Source: an uncultured Lachnospiraceae bacterium
GTDB taxonomy: Bacteria > Bacillota > Clostridia > Christensenellales > UBA1242
Assembly: GCA_964368425.1 (NCBI GenBank)
Contig: CAYJAP010000005.1
Span: 1 to 32,265 of the forward strand
Reading direction: 5' to 3'
DNA length: 32,265 bases
In this document: one piece after another, positions 16,810 through 26,469 of the stretch
Layout: every line of letters starts with the position of its first letter
Position numbering within the stretch: the stretch's first letter is position 1
Notes under the pieces: generated by a model
Told to the model about the DNA's origin: nothing
What the model saw: only the letters and a program-made list of their open reading frames with translations
Databases searched by the model: none
Program-made: the position numbers and the translations under genes

Positions 16810-16889
16810 AGATAAAAGAAAAATAGCGAAAACTATACTCTTTTTAATAAAAAACATTTTTTTGGAAAAATTAAATATGTGGAGGAGTA

Positions 16890-17963
16890 ATGAAGAAAAT
16901 TGTACTAGCATGCGTGATTTTATTTTCAGTGGTTGTAATGGGAGCCTGTTCTAACACAGACACATATCTGAACAGCCAGTTTTTTAACACGCCACCTTCT
17001 ACCGTGATAACCATTGATCAAGAGAACAGCTTAACAGATATGTCCTTGCTTGCAGAAAAAATATCGCCAGCTATAGTGGGGGTATCTTGTGTGATAAGTG
17101 GAATAGAACATATCGGGTCGGGCGTATGTGTTGCGAGTGGAGGATACGTACTAACAAATCAACACGTCATAAACGGAGGTAAGAACATCACGTTATATCT
17201 CCACGATGGTAGTACTGCTTCTGCAAAACTGTTATGGCAAGACTCTAGCTTGGACATAGCCATCTTAAAATCGTCAACGAGCCTACCGTATTTATCTATG
17301 GGCAACACAGACTACTGTAAGGTTGGACAGGATATTCTGGCGGTGGGAACCCCTATAAACCTGCAATTTAACCACACATTCACAAGAGGGATAATAAGTG
17401 CCCTGAATAGAACTCTGCTGGTGTCTACAGGGGCGGGGAGCACTTACATGCAAAATTTAATACAGCATGATGCGAGTATAAATCCGGGTAATTCGGGCGG
17501 TCCTTTGGTTAATTCTTACGGAGAAGTTATAGGGATAAATACGCTCAAAATATCCGATGGTGAGGGGTTAGGTTTTGCGATACCGACTAAAAGTTTCAAG
17601 AGTATAGTGGAAAGTATCACGGGCACACAACTCTCGTCGTACGTCGCTCCTTACAGTGGAATATTTGCCTATGACGCACTAATCGCGAGTTATTACGACA
17701 AAACAGATATAAACGAAGGTGTGTATATAATAGATGTGGCAGAGGGTAGTCCAGCACAGTTAGTGGGAATTCAGCAGGGAGATGTCATCGTGCAGGCTGA
17801 TAATGAGAGAATAAATAACATGCTTGATTTACGAGATATTATGTTTAGGAAGCATCCCGGAGATATCTTTGAAGTGCTGCATATAAGAAATGGTAAACAA
17901 CATAAAAGCTCAATACAACTTGTTGCACATCCCACGAACAACATAATGTTTGAAACAACATAA
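16890..17963 (+). CDS. htrA: HtrA/DegP-family serine protease with PDZ domain, lipoprotein
   Basis: Lipobox MGAC, TNQH, DIAI, DASINPGNSGGPL, GLGFAIP, GSPA..GDVI PDZ. Confidence 0.93.
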   Translation: MKKIVLACVILFSVVVMGACSNTDTYLNSQFFNTPPSTVITIDQENSLTDMSLLAEKISPAIVGVSCVISGIEHIGSGVCVASGGYVLTNQHVINGGKNITLYLHDGSTASAKLLWQDSSLDIAILKSSTSLPYLSMGNTDYCKVGQDILAVGTPINLQFNHTFTRGIISALNRTLLVSTGAGSTYMQNLIQHDASINPGNSGGPLVNSYGEVIGINTLKISDGEGLGFAIPTKSFKSIVESITGTQLSSYVAPYSGIFAYDALIASYYDKTDINEGVYIIDVAEGSPAQLVGIQQGDVIVQADNERINNMLDLRDIMFRKHPGDIFEVLHIRNGKQHKSSIQLVAHPTNNIMFETT

Positions 17964-18141
17964 TAGAAAGAGAACGCTTCTTTCTTTTTATGATATTTTG
18001 CAAAATTTGCACAACAACATCTTTACTAGGTAATGATTTGCTTTTAATATCGTTGATTTTTACTTTTCCATAATATATACTATATAAGTACTTTATGTGT
18101 ATAGAGTATGTTATGCATAATATTTGGAGAAGGAAACTGTA

Positions 18142-19188
18142 ATGTTTAAGACAAAAAAAGAACCCAAAATATATGAAAGAGATAATTACAATGTATTGGA
18201 CTCCAGTAAAGTTTTTCTACTTGTCCTCGTTGTACCTCTGTTGGCGGCATTCTGCTACATACTAATTATCAGTGTGCTAGCATCATTATCGGGTAGTTCT
18301 TTACTAGAGGTGGAGAACTCGTGGTTATACATAATGGGCTCGATACTTATAACTCATGCCAGCTATATCGGTATTTATTTTTGGTATAATAAACGAAAGA
18401 AAATTAATTATGTTGTAGCAAGTAATATCAAAAAAGATATTAATTGGTGGGCAATTTTAGTGACAGTTGCGATGTCGTTGACTGCTATATTCTTTATTTC
18501 TCCTATAATCAATTTAATCAACTATGGACTTTCTAATATTGGTTACAATCCAGACGGGTCTTTGCCTATTGACATCAACTCACCAGGCAATTTTATCTCA
18601 GGAATTATCTTCATTGCACTGATTCCAGCGGTGGCGGAAGAACTGATTATGAGAGGAGTAATTGCACGTGGACTTCAATCAAAATGGAAACCATGGACAG
18701 CGATTATATTATCGGCGTTGTTCTTTATGTTGGTGCACGGCAGTTTACAACAGACGGTGTTTCAGTTTATCTTGGGAGTCGTATTAGCTTTCGTAGCTTA
18801 TAAGGGAATGAATATTATATACCCTATAGTATTACACTTCATTAACAATCTAACAGTTATTGTATTTGCTTACGTTGCTAGCGGTCAGGAGGCTTCTCCT
18901 GTAACCTATGTTAAGGCGATGGATTATATATCTCCTATGCTGTACTTTATAGCAGGTTTAGGAATATTGGTAGGACTAGGTTTCTTATTTAGTTATATAA
19001 TGAAACAAGACAAGGGATTGATTAAAGAATCTATAAAAACTAAACAGTCACAAGCCAAAACAGACAGCGCTATAGGAGAAACATCGAAGGGTGCTCTAAC
19101 AAAAAATGAAAAGCTGATTTTCTATCTTGCAATGGGTATTGGGGCTGTGCTTTGGATTGTAAATACACTAATTACGTTTCTAAAATAA
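18142..19188 (+). CDS. CPBP (Abi/CAAX) intramembrane glutamic protease
   Basis: EELIMRG, FMLVH, HFINN; start at ATG 18142 after GGAGAAGG. Confidence 0.88.
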   Translation: MFKTKKEPKIYERDNYNVLDSSKVFLLVLVVPLLAAFCYILIISVLASLSGSSLLEVENSWLYIMGSILITHASYIGIYFWYNKRKKINYVVASNIKKDINWWAILVTVAMSLTAIFFISPIINLINYGLSNIGYNPDGSLPIDINSPGNFISGIIFIALIPAVAEELIMRGVIARGLQSKWKPWTAIILSALFFMLVHGSLQQTVFQFILGVVLAFVAYKGMNIIYPIVLHFINNLTVIVFAYVASGQEASPVTYVKAMDYISPMLYFIAGLGILVGLGFLFSYIMKQDKGLIKESIKTKQSQAKTDSAIGETSKGALTKNEKLIFYLAMGIGAVLWIVNTLITFLK

Positions 19189-19198
19189 AGGAGAGAAG

Positions 19199-20338
19199 AT
19201 GGACATCATACGGGAAAAGAAAAAAATATTTTACACTTATTTGATATATTTTTCTTGCATGTTATTATTCTGCATTGTAAAGATATTACATTCTTTTGGT
19301 GTTTTTTCAAAGATGGATCCTCAGGTTTACAGTGTGTTATACTCATTGTTTTTGCAGTTAATACTAATGTTGGTGTTACCCCTTATACTGTACCACTTGT
19401 TAGTACGTAAAGATAAACCGAGAGAAAAAGGTTATACTCGGAGAGAGTTGGGTTTAAATAAGGTGAGTTATAAAATCGTTTTAATAAGTATTGCGATAGG
19501 TTTTATAATATATTTTATAAACATAGCAATATCCACACTTTTTTCTGGACTACTAGGGTTTATGGGATATAAAAATCCGTTTGTATCATCTGGCTCGGGA
19601 GATTATTCCATAGGTACGTTCTTTATCCAGTTGTTTATTACGGCCGTATTACCTGGTGTTTGTGAAGAGTTCTTGCATAGAGGCATGTTGATTCATGGTA
19701 CGAAGAAGGGCGGATACAAAAAGGCTATATTGATATCTTCTCTGTTGTTTGGATTAATCCACTTTAACATTAATCAGTTTTTCTTTGCTGTATTGTTAGG
19801 GGTGCTGCTAGGCTTTATTGTAGTAGTTTGCAAAAGTATACTTCCGGCGATGATTATACACTTTATGAACAACGGTATAATTTTATACTTAACATTCGCC
19901 CGATATAATAATTGGCCATTACATAATTTTGAGACGGTAATAAATTCCTTCTTAAACGGAAATAGTTGGTTTATGATCTTCGTAGTATGCTTCTTAATAA
20001 TCGCTTTCTTAATTTTCATGCTGGTACTATTAGTTATGCAAATGTTCAAAATAACAACACTTAACAAAGTTCAAAAGACTCTGTCGGAAGCGTTCGAGGG
20101 GGACTACGAAAAAGATTTACTTTTCAAAAGTCAAAAAAGTCGTGCATGGCGTGAAGTGTTGGAACACAGCGGATCTTTAAATCTACAGTATGAAGAAATG
20201 AAAAGTCCGGTGGATTTTATGTTGCCGCCGCAAAAATCAATTGTCAAAACCAATACAAGAGTAAACTTGTTTTTATATTCGAGTATTATTTTAGGATTCC
20301 TAATAACGCTGTTCACGTTCATTTGGGGAATGGTGTAG
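19199..20338 (+). CDS. CPBP (Abi/CAAX) intramembrane glutamic protease, second paralog
   Basis: EEFLHRG, FGLIH, HFMNN; AAGGAG RBS. Confidence 0.88.
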   Translation: MDIIREKKKIFYTYLIYFSCMLLFCIVKILHSFGVFSKMDPQVYSVLYSLFLQLILMLVLPLILYHLLVRKDKPREKGYTRRELGLNKVSYKIVLISIAIGFIIYFINIAISTLFSGLLGFMGYKNPFVSSGSGDYSIGTFFIQLFITAVLPGVCEEFLHRGMLIHGTKKGGYKKAILISSLLFGLIHFNINQFFFAVLLGVLLGFIVVVCKSILPAMIIHFMNNGIILYLTFARYNNWPLHNFETVINSFLNGNSWFMIFVVCFLIIAFLIFMLVLLVMQMFKITTLNKVQKTLSEAFEGDYEKDLLFKSQKSRAWREVLEHSGSLNLQYEEMKSPVDFMLPPQKSIVKTNTRVNLFLYSSIILGFLITLFTFIWGMV

Positions 20339-20339
20339 T

Positions 20340-20801
20340 ATGAAAATCAATATTTTGTGTGTCGGTACGCTAAAGGAGAAATATCTTCAGGAGGCTTGTA
20401 GCGAGTATCTGAAAAGGTTACAGAAATATGCGGTCGTAAATGTAGTAGAGGTAAAGGAAGAGAAGCTCTCGTCATCTATCACTATGAGTAAAAAGATAGA
20501 CGCAGAATCACAACGGTTAGCGAAACTCTGTGAAGGACAAGTGTTTCTACTTGCAATAAAGGGCAAGCAATTTTCTAGCGAAGAATTTGCGGGCAATATA
20601 AAAAAGATGAGTATGCGTGGCGAGACCTTAACTTTCATTATAGGTGGCAGTGACGGGGTAGCTGCAGAGTTGGAAAAGAACGCGGACGTGGTATTGAGTT
20701 TCTCAGCATTTACTTTCCCGCATCAGCTAATGAGAGTGATATTGCTGGAACAGATTTACCGAGCAGTCACTATCAATAATAACATAACTTATCACAAGTG
20801 A
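20340..20801 (+). CDS. rlmH: 23S rRNA pseudouridine-1915 N3-methyltransferase
   Basis: VGTLKEKY, FIIGGSDG, TFPHQLMRVILLEQIYRA, YHK. Confidence 0.96.
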   Translation: MKINILCVGTLKEKYLQEACSEYLKRLQKYAVVNVVEVKEEKLSSSITMSKKIDAESQRLAKLCEGQVFLLAIKGKQFSSEEFAGNIKKMSMRGETLTFIIGGSDGVAAELEKNADVVLSFSAFTFPHQLMRVILLEQIYRAVTINNNITYHK

Positions 20802-20807
20802 GGATAG

Positions 20808-21254
20808 ATGGATAACAGGTTCATGGACATTGCTGTAGAGCTGGCTAAAAAAGCTGGTAAAAGAGGAGATGTTCCCGTAGGAGCGGTTATAGTACGCGAC
20901 GGGAAAGTGTTGTCATGTGCGTACAATAAAAAGAATGCGAAGAAAAATGCTATATATCATGCCGAGATAATTGCTATCGAAAAAGCCTGTAAAAAAGTTC
21001 GAGATTTTAGACTAACAGATTGTGACATATATGTCACAAAAGAACCATGCTTGATGTGTCTGGGAGCTATTCTCAGTGCTAGGATGAGACGAATAATATT
21101 TGGGGCAGAAGACAAAAAATACAGCAATATTGGACTAATAGATATAAAGTTTAATCATTCTTGTGATATAATAAATGCGAAACGCAAGGATTGTGCTGAT
21201 TTATTAACCGAGTTCTTTGTAGGTAAAAGGAGGAGAGATGGAGACCGTTGTTGA
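20808..21254 (+). CDS. tadA: tRNA adenosine deaminase TadA family
   Basis: DVPVGAVIV, HAE, EPCLMC. Confidence 0.88.
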   Translation: MDNRFMDIAVELAKKAGKRGDVPVGAVIVRDGKVLSCAYNKKNAKKNAIYHAEIIAIEKACKKVRDFRLTDCDIYVTKEPCLMCLGAILSARMRRIIFGAEDKKYSNIGLIDIKFNHSCDIINAKRKDCADLLTEFFVGKRRRDGDRC

Positions 21255-22083
21255 AGTGGAAAAAGTTGCTGTTAAAAAAGATGTCGATGTACATGTAATT
21301 ATACTAAACATCGACAACGATAGCTTAGTAACCACCGTTCCTTCTTACGAGCGTAACATATTGGGTAAGCCCATGAATAAGTGGGTGGCGGATGCGGTTT
21401 CCAAATATCATACTACAATGGTGGAATGTAATAAAGAAAACGATATTATATCCACGATCATCCCCCACTTAATTAATAGCAAATATACTGCTGTGTTATA
21501 CTGTGACACGCCACTGCTTACTGCTCACTCTTTTGAAGAGGTGTTGGAATATGTGTTGATAAAAGATATTCAGGTTTGTAAGCTGGAAAGGGGATATGTT
21601 TTCTACACCGATTATTTACTACACGCACAGAAAATATACACTCCGCAAACGTACACATTCAATTCACAGGATTTCTTTGCGGTTACTAGTCCAGCCGCGT
21701 TGATGCAGGCGATAGAGACTCTGCGTATGCGAATATTACATTTTCACCTCGCTGGAGGAGTGATGTTTGCAGACATGAATAGTGTAACTATTGAACCGAA
21801 AGTTAGAATAGGAAAGGGTGTCGTAATCTCACAAAACAATGTTATTACAGGAGAATCAATAATCTCGGACAATGTGGTTTTACAGCCTAATAATGTGTTA
21901 GAAAATGCTATAATATTTGACAGGGCGTATATCAGTGGGAGTACGATCAGAAACAGTATAGTTATGGAAGATGCTGTTGTAATGCCCTACTGTAATATAG
22001 TTAATTCGTCGATTGTGGGGAAAAATGAAGAGATCAAAAGTTTTAGCAATTTAAATAATTACCAAGGAAAAGACAGGGAGTAG
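21238..22083 (+). CDS. Shortened, degenerate GlmU-like protein
   Basis: GKPM, LYCDTPLL, linker helix then hexapeptide repeats; sits before pth as glmU usually does; 281 aa only. Confidence 0.7.
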   Translation: METVVEVEKVAVKKDVDVHVIILNIDNDSLVTTVPSYERNILGKPMNKWVADAVSKYHTTMVECNKENDIISTIIPHLINSKYTAVLYCDTPLLTAHSFEEVLEYVLIKDIQVCKLERGYVFYTDYLLHAQKIYTPQTYTFNSQDFFAVTSPAALMQAIETLRMRILHFHLAGGVMFADMNSVTIEPKVRIGKGVVISQNNVITGESIISDNVVLQPNNVLENAIIFDRAYISGSTIRNSIVMEDAVVMPYCNIVNSSIVGKNEEIKSFSNLNNYQGKDRE

Positions 22084-22085
22084 GA

Positions 22086-22622
22086 ATGAAAGTTATTGTT
22101 GGTTTGGGAAACGTTGGTGGAAACTACAAGAAAACATACCATAATGTTGGGTTTAACATGGTGGACGCTTTTGCTAAGCATTACAAGTTAGAGTTTAGTA
22201 AAAAGAAGTTTTTCGGAGTGGTGGCAGAAGGATCTGTTAACGGAGAAAAGGTGATATTATTAAAGCCTACTACTTTTATGAATAACAGTGGTAAAAGTGT
22301 TTTTGAGGTTTCAAAGAAATTAAAGATTGCATCTCGTGACATTCTGATAGTGTTTGACGATATAGATTTACCGGCGGGAGAAATTAGATACAGAGAGAAC
22401 GGTAGTGGTGGTACTCATAACGGTATGCGAGATATCATACAGAAGATGAACACACAAGAGATTCCGAGACTACGCATTGGTATCGGTCCAAAAGAAAGAG
22501 AAGACCTAGCGGATTATGTATTGAGTAACATGAACACAGAGAACGCTGAAAAGATAAATGGTGTGACAGATAAAGCGATAAAAAGCATGGAGAGTTTTAT
22601 TCTGGGAGAGCTCTCTAAATAA
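22086..22622 (+). CDS. pth: Peptidyl-tRNA hydrolase
   Basis: VGLGN, HNVGF, KPTTFMNNSG, DDIDL, GGTHNG, RLRIGIG, DYVL. Confidence 0.96.
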   Translation: MKVIVGLGNVGGNYKKTYHNVGFNMVDAFAKHYKLEFSKKKFFGVVAEGSVNGEKVILLKPTTFMNNSGKSVFEVSKKLKIASRDILIVFDDIDLPAGEIRYRENGSGGTHNGMRDIIQKMNTQEIPRLRIGIGPKEREDLADYVLSNMNTENAEKINGVTDKAIKSMESFILGELSK

Positions 22623-22705
22623 AATAATTCTGAATATCTGATTATGTACAGGTCTATTAGGGGTAAATATAGTCTATACTTAGATAAAAAAAGAATTGTA
22701 TTTGC

Positions 22706-22734
22706 TTGATAAATCAGTCGTAATCTAGTAAAAT
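22706..22734 (+). promoter_or_regulatory. SigA-type promoter
   Basis: TTGATA, 17 nt, TAAAAT. Confidence 0.55.
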
Positions 22735-22767
22735 GTAAAAGTGATTACACTTGCGAGGGGAACAAAT

Positions 22768-24468
22768 TTGAAAAAGAAAATTTTAGGTTTATTATTAGGA
22801 TTTATTCTGAGCTTCTCGGTCTTTGCCGGCTGTTCTTTGGTTGAACAGGATAAGAAAAGTTATTACACACAGGTTATTGCAAAAATTGAAATTGACGGAC
22901 ACGCAGAAACAATTACCAGAGAAGATGTGCTTCTATGGTTTAATTCTCGTGGATATATGTATGTACAATATTACGGGCAAACTGTGGAAGAGGCTCTGAA
23001 GACGACGATAAATGAAATCATTGACTATAGACTAAGAGTGTACGAAGCGCGAAAAACCATAGTTAGTTTATCTGACAAACAAAAGAACGAAGTAGTGTAT
23101 AACATTCACGAAACAATGTTAAAAGATATTGCAGATTTAGAAAAAGCTTTGAAAGATGAGTGGAAGATAACTGAGGAGGAGTCGGACACAACCAGCTCTT
23201 CAAATTATAAAAATGAGCCTATCGTTTATTCTCCAAAGATAAAACTTGAGGGCGATAAGTTGGTGCGTGTAAATGAAGCTGACGCTGTGGATTTTTCTGT
23301 AAAACCAGTTTGGAATTATTTAATTATCGACCAGTTCACTCAAGAAGTTTGGAACAGATATTTGCGTTCTATTCAGCAAACTGCAGAAACGAAGGGCGAT
23401 AAAATATCAGAAAAAGAAGCGTTTGACTGGGAATACGATAGATTGTACGAGATTCACGAAGATAGTATGTTCTTAGAAGTTTATCAGGAAAACTATCTTG
23501 CAACATTAGATGTTAACACTGACTTAGTGCTTGAGACATTCAAGATAGATTATCTAGCGTCATACAGCAAATACAATACTAACTATACTGGCGACAACGC
23601 CGATGAAGATAAAGCGGCAGCAATTACTGCCTACCGAAAAGCGGTTCAATCAAGCAGAAGTAGTTTATACTATCACCCAACTGAAGCGGACGGAAAAACA
23701 GAGTTTATGAACGTCCTACACATACTATTTAAGTACACGGACGAGATGCGAGATGAGTTGCTACAACTAGAGAACAAGTTAGCAAGTGGACTAATAGAGC
23801 AGCCAGATTATGATACTCAATATGCTTTATTAACCAATCCTGAAGTAGTTCAATTTGAGTTTACTGAGAATGGTGTGACGGAAAAAAGGACAGCGGCAGA
23901 AGTATATACTGAAATAAAGAATGCTATAGACGCTACAGAAAATAACCTTGTTGCTCGTGCAAGGGTGTTTAGAGATTTAATGTTCAAATATAGTGACGAT
24001 ACGGGGCTCGTATTATCCGACAGTGCTAACCTAAATTGGGGATATGTGGTGAATTTAAAAGACCACGACCAAGCTACTATGGTTGAAGAGTTTATCGAAG
24101 AATCTCAGCAGTTATACACACAAAACGCGAACGGCGGAAACATGAGTGTTGCTCCAGTATTCCATAAAGGCGACCTGTCTGCAAGCAATCAGTATTCCGG
24201 ATTCCATATTGTATTCAACCTTGGTGGGGTTACAAATAACGGTATTGATTACGAGCAAGTCAACTCAGATAATGTAACATGGCAGGATTTATGGGAGATC
24301 GAAACTTTCCCAGGGTCGGGAGTTAACTTATTCCAGCTAATTTATGATAGTGTTCAAGATGACGACACACAAACTACAACAAAAGTGAGTATGGTGGTTG
24401 ATTCATTGAAAGCGAACAGCAAGATCACTAAATGGGTGTATAGATTAAAAGATATATATAAGGAGTAA
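22768..24468 (+). CDS. Large acidic lipoprotein with parvulin (PpiC)-like motifs, PrsA/SurA-like foldase
   Basis: TTG start after GAGGGG, lipobox FAGC, HILF, KYSDD, MVEEF, GFHIV. Confidence 0.62.
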   Translation: MKKKILGLLLGFILSFSVFAGCSLVEQDKKSYYTQVIAKIEIDGHAETITREDVLLWFNSRGYMYVQYYGQTVEEALKTTINEIIDYRLRVYEARKTIVSLSDKQKNEVVYNIHETMLKDIADLEKALKDEWKITEEESDTTSSSNYKNEPIVYSPKIKLEGDKLVRVNEADAVDFSVKPVWNYLIIDQFTQEVWNRYLRSIQQTAETKGDKISEKEAFDWEYDRLYEIHEDSMFLEVYQENYLATLDVNTDLVLETFKIDYLASYSKYNTNYTGDNADEDKAAAITAYRKAVQSSRSSLYYHPTEADGKTEFMNVLHILFKYTDEMRDELLQLENKLASGLIEQPDYDTQYALLTNPEVVQFEFTENGVTEKRTAAEVYTEIKNAIDATENNLVARARVFRDLMFKYSDDTGLVLSDSANLNWGYVVNLKDHDQATMVEEFIEESQQLYTQNANGGNMSVAPVFHKGDLSASNQYSGFHIVFNLGGVTNNGIDYEQVNSDNVTWQDLWEIETFPGSGVNLFQLIYDSVQDDDTQTTTKVSMVVDSLKANSKITKWVYRLKDIYKE

Positions 24469-24502
24469 AAACAGCAGAGTTATTTAAAAGATATTAGATA
24501 AT

Positions 24503-24538
24503 AAAATAGGAAGAGAAAAACAACCTTCCTATTTTTTT
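24503..24538 (+). terminator. Intrinsic terminator
   Basis: AAAATAGGAAG...CTTCCTATTTT followed by a T-run. Confidence 0.75.
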
Positions 24539-24557
24539 ATTATTACGAGAAAAAGTC

Positions 24558-24586
24558 TTGCTATTCTGTCACGAAGATTTTATAAT
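24558..24586 (+). promoter_or_regulatory. SigA-type promoter for tRNA-Leu
   Basis: TTGCTA, 17 nt, TATAAT, 11 nt before the tRNA. Confidence 0.75.
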
Positions 24587-24597
24587 ATAGAGAGAAT

Positions 24598-24683
24598 GTC
24601 GGGGTGGCGAAATGGCAGACGCGCTAGATTCAGGTTCTAGTGATAGTAATATCATGTGGGTTCAAGTCCCGTCCCCGACACCA
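24598..24683 (+). tRNA. tRNA-Leu (anticodon CAG)
   Basis: Acceptor GTCGGGG/CCCCGAC-A-CCA, anticodon arm CTAGA-TTCAGGT-TCTAG, long variable arm, GGTTCAAGTCC T-arm. Confidence 0.97.
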
Positions 24684-24712
24684 AGTAAGTTAAGTAAGAA
24701 GGTTGGTAAAGG

Positions 24713-25153
24713 ATGAAAAATATCTGGGAAAAGTTAAAAAGTGAAATTGAAAAACAATATAAAGAAGTTGGCATTCATAAAGAATGGTCGCCATTCGTTA
24801 CAGGCAATAATGTTGTAGCCGCTGTTGAAGATATAAACGGAAAAATTTGGACAGGAATAAATATTGAAACCGCAAGCGGCGTCGTTTGTGTTTGCGCTGA
24901 AAGAGTTGCATTGCTAAAAATGGTTACAGAGAGTGATACTGTTGTAGTAAAAAGAATATTAGCATATGGCAGTGAACTTCCTAAAAAAGAACTTAATAAC
25001 TGGTCTCCGTGTGGTGCGTGCAGAGAATTCTTATTGCAGCTATCAAATGAAAATAAAGAATGTGAAGTATTAATGGATTGGGAAAGCAAAGAAACAGTTA
25101 AAGTTAAAGATTTATTACCACATTGGTGGGGAGATGTAAGATTTGAAAAATAG
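24713..25153 (+). CDS. cdd: Cytidine deaminase family protein (homotetrameric type)
   Basis: TGINIE, CAE, SPCGACRE, DLLP. Confidence 0.8.
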   Translation: MKNIWEKLKSEIEKQYKEVGIHKEWSPFVTGNNVVAAVEDINGKIWTGINIETASGVVCVCAERVALLKMVTESDTVVVKRILAYGSELPKKELNNWSPCGACREFLLQLSNENKECEVLMDWESKETVKVKDLLPHWWGDVRFEK

Positions 25154-25213
25154 ATGTCACTAAATCAAAAAAAATAATTAAAGCGGACATATTCCGTTCA
25201 GATTAACGTAAAC

Positions 25214-25240
25214 AAAAAGAGCCAAAAGGCTCTTTTTATT
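25214..25240. terminator. Bidirectional intrinsic terminator
   Basis: AAAAAGAGCC-aaaa-GGCTCTTTTT between convergent genes. Confidence 0.85.
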
Positions 25241-25242
25241 GT

Positions 25243-26031
25243 TTATAACTTCAATATAGCTTCTATAGATAATTCTACTAAAGTTGTTCGTGCTTGTATT
25301 TTATCGTATCTTCTCCACTGCCATTCTTTGCCGTCGATTATATCTGAGAAGTATAATAGTGCGCCAAACTGTGCTTTATTATATTTCGCTACAGCGGCTA
25401 AACTTGCACACTCCATTTCCACCGCCACTGCGCCCTCTTCTAAGCGTCTCTTTATGCGGTTAGGAGTCTCTCTGTAAATTGCGTCAATGGTCCATGTTTT
25501 GTCTGCATAAAAGGGGATATCTCTTTCAGTTAGGGTTTGTTTTAATATTTTTACTATCGATGGCGCTGGAGAAATCTCTCTTGCTGGACTGATATAGTGA
25601 TAAGATAATCCTTCATCACGAATTGCACTTATTGGAATGAAAAACTTGTTTAGGTTGAAGTCTTTGCGCAGGCAGCCACATGTTCCACAGGCAATAAATT
25701 TGTTCACGCCCACATAATCTAGTTCTTCCATCAAGTTCGCTGCTGCTGGACCACCCAATGGACACAAAGCGATTAATACTTTTTCGTCATAGAGGTAAAC
25801 TGGTGACACCGTGCTAGCTGCTTTAAACTCATATATCTTCACACATTTTTTCTTAATCTCTTTCAACCCGTCAAAAGAACGCGGTAGAAATAGTATACAT
25901 CTATCTACCCCTCTTGCGGTACATTTCTTCAATTCTGTAAAATCTTTTTTACCCTGTCTGAAAAAATATCTTTTTGCAGGTTCTGCGGAATCGTCATCGT
26001 ACTCTAATATAGGAGCTTCTTCTATCAACAT
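25243..26031 (-). CDS. Nucleoside phosphorylase (PNP/UDP family)
   Basis: PILEYD, GGPAAA..EEL, GTCG, RDEGLSYHY, WTIDAIYRET, VEME; start at ATG 26031 after GAGG. Confidence 0.88.
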   Translation of the reverse strand: MLIEEAPILEYDDDSAEPAKRYFFRQGKKDFTELKKCTARGVDRCILFLPRSFDGLKEIKKKCVKIYEFKAASTVSPVYLYDEKVLIALCPLGGPAAANLMEELDYVGVNKFIACGTCGCLRKDFNLNKFFIPISAIRDEGLSYHYISPAREISPAPSIVKILKQTLTERDIPFYADKTWTIDAIYRETPNRIKRRLEEGAVAVEMECASLAAVAKYNKAQFGALLYFSDIIDGKEWQWRRYDKIQARTTLVELSIEAILKL

Positions 26032-26156
26032 AAATAAATTCCTCACGTATATACAAATAGTATAACAATAATAAAAAGAGATGTAAACCAAAGGAAATAC
26101 ATTGGTTAAATATATCTGGGCGTAAAACTAAAAACTTGCTTTTTAAAGTAAAATGA

Positions 26157-26185
26157 TTGACAACAAAAATGTATTATGCTAGGAT
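26157..26185 (+). promoter_or_regulatory. SigA-type promoter for the T-box-pheST operon
   Basis: TTGACA, 17 nt, TAGGAT with extended TG. Confidence 0.75.
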
Positions 26186-26196
26186 ATAGGCAGTTA

Positions 26197-26454
26197 AATA
26201 AAGACTGAGAATATGTACAGTAGTGTTTTATTTCCATATGAGAGAGGGTGTGTCATCGGTTGAGAGCCGCCTATGTTCAGGTAAAATATGAATTTCAACA
26301 TAGGAGTTGCTTTCCGGTAAAGCTGTAAAGTGTTAAGGAAAGACAGACAAAACTGTGAAAATGATAACAAGTTTTTACACCTTGCTTACAAGGCAAAATA
26401 AACTTAGGTGGTACCACGATAATTCGTCCTATGAAGCATTCATAGGGCTTTTTT
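26197..26454 (+). ncRNA. T-box riboswitch (Phe specifier) with terminator
   Basis: AGTA and AGAGAG/GGTTGAGA stem I motifs, GAAtTTC with UUC at 26294-26296, T-box AACTTAGGTGGTACCACG (26401-26418), terminator GTCCTATGAA..TTCATAGGGC-TTTTTT. Confidence 0.92.
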
Positions 26455-26469
26455 GTAAGGAGAGAGATA

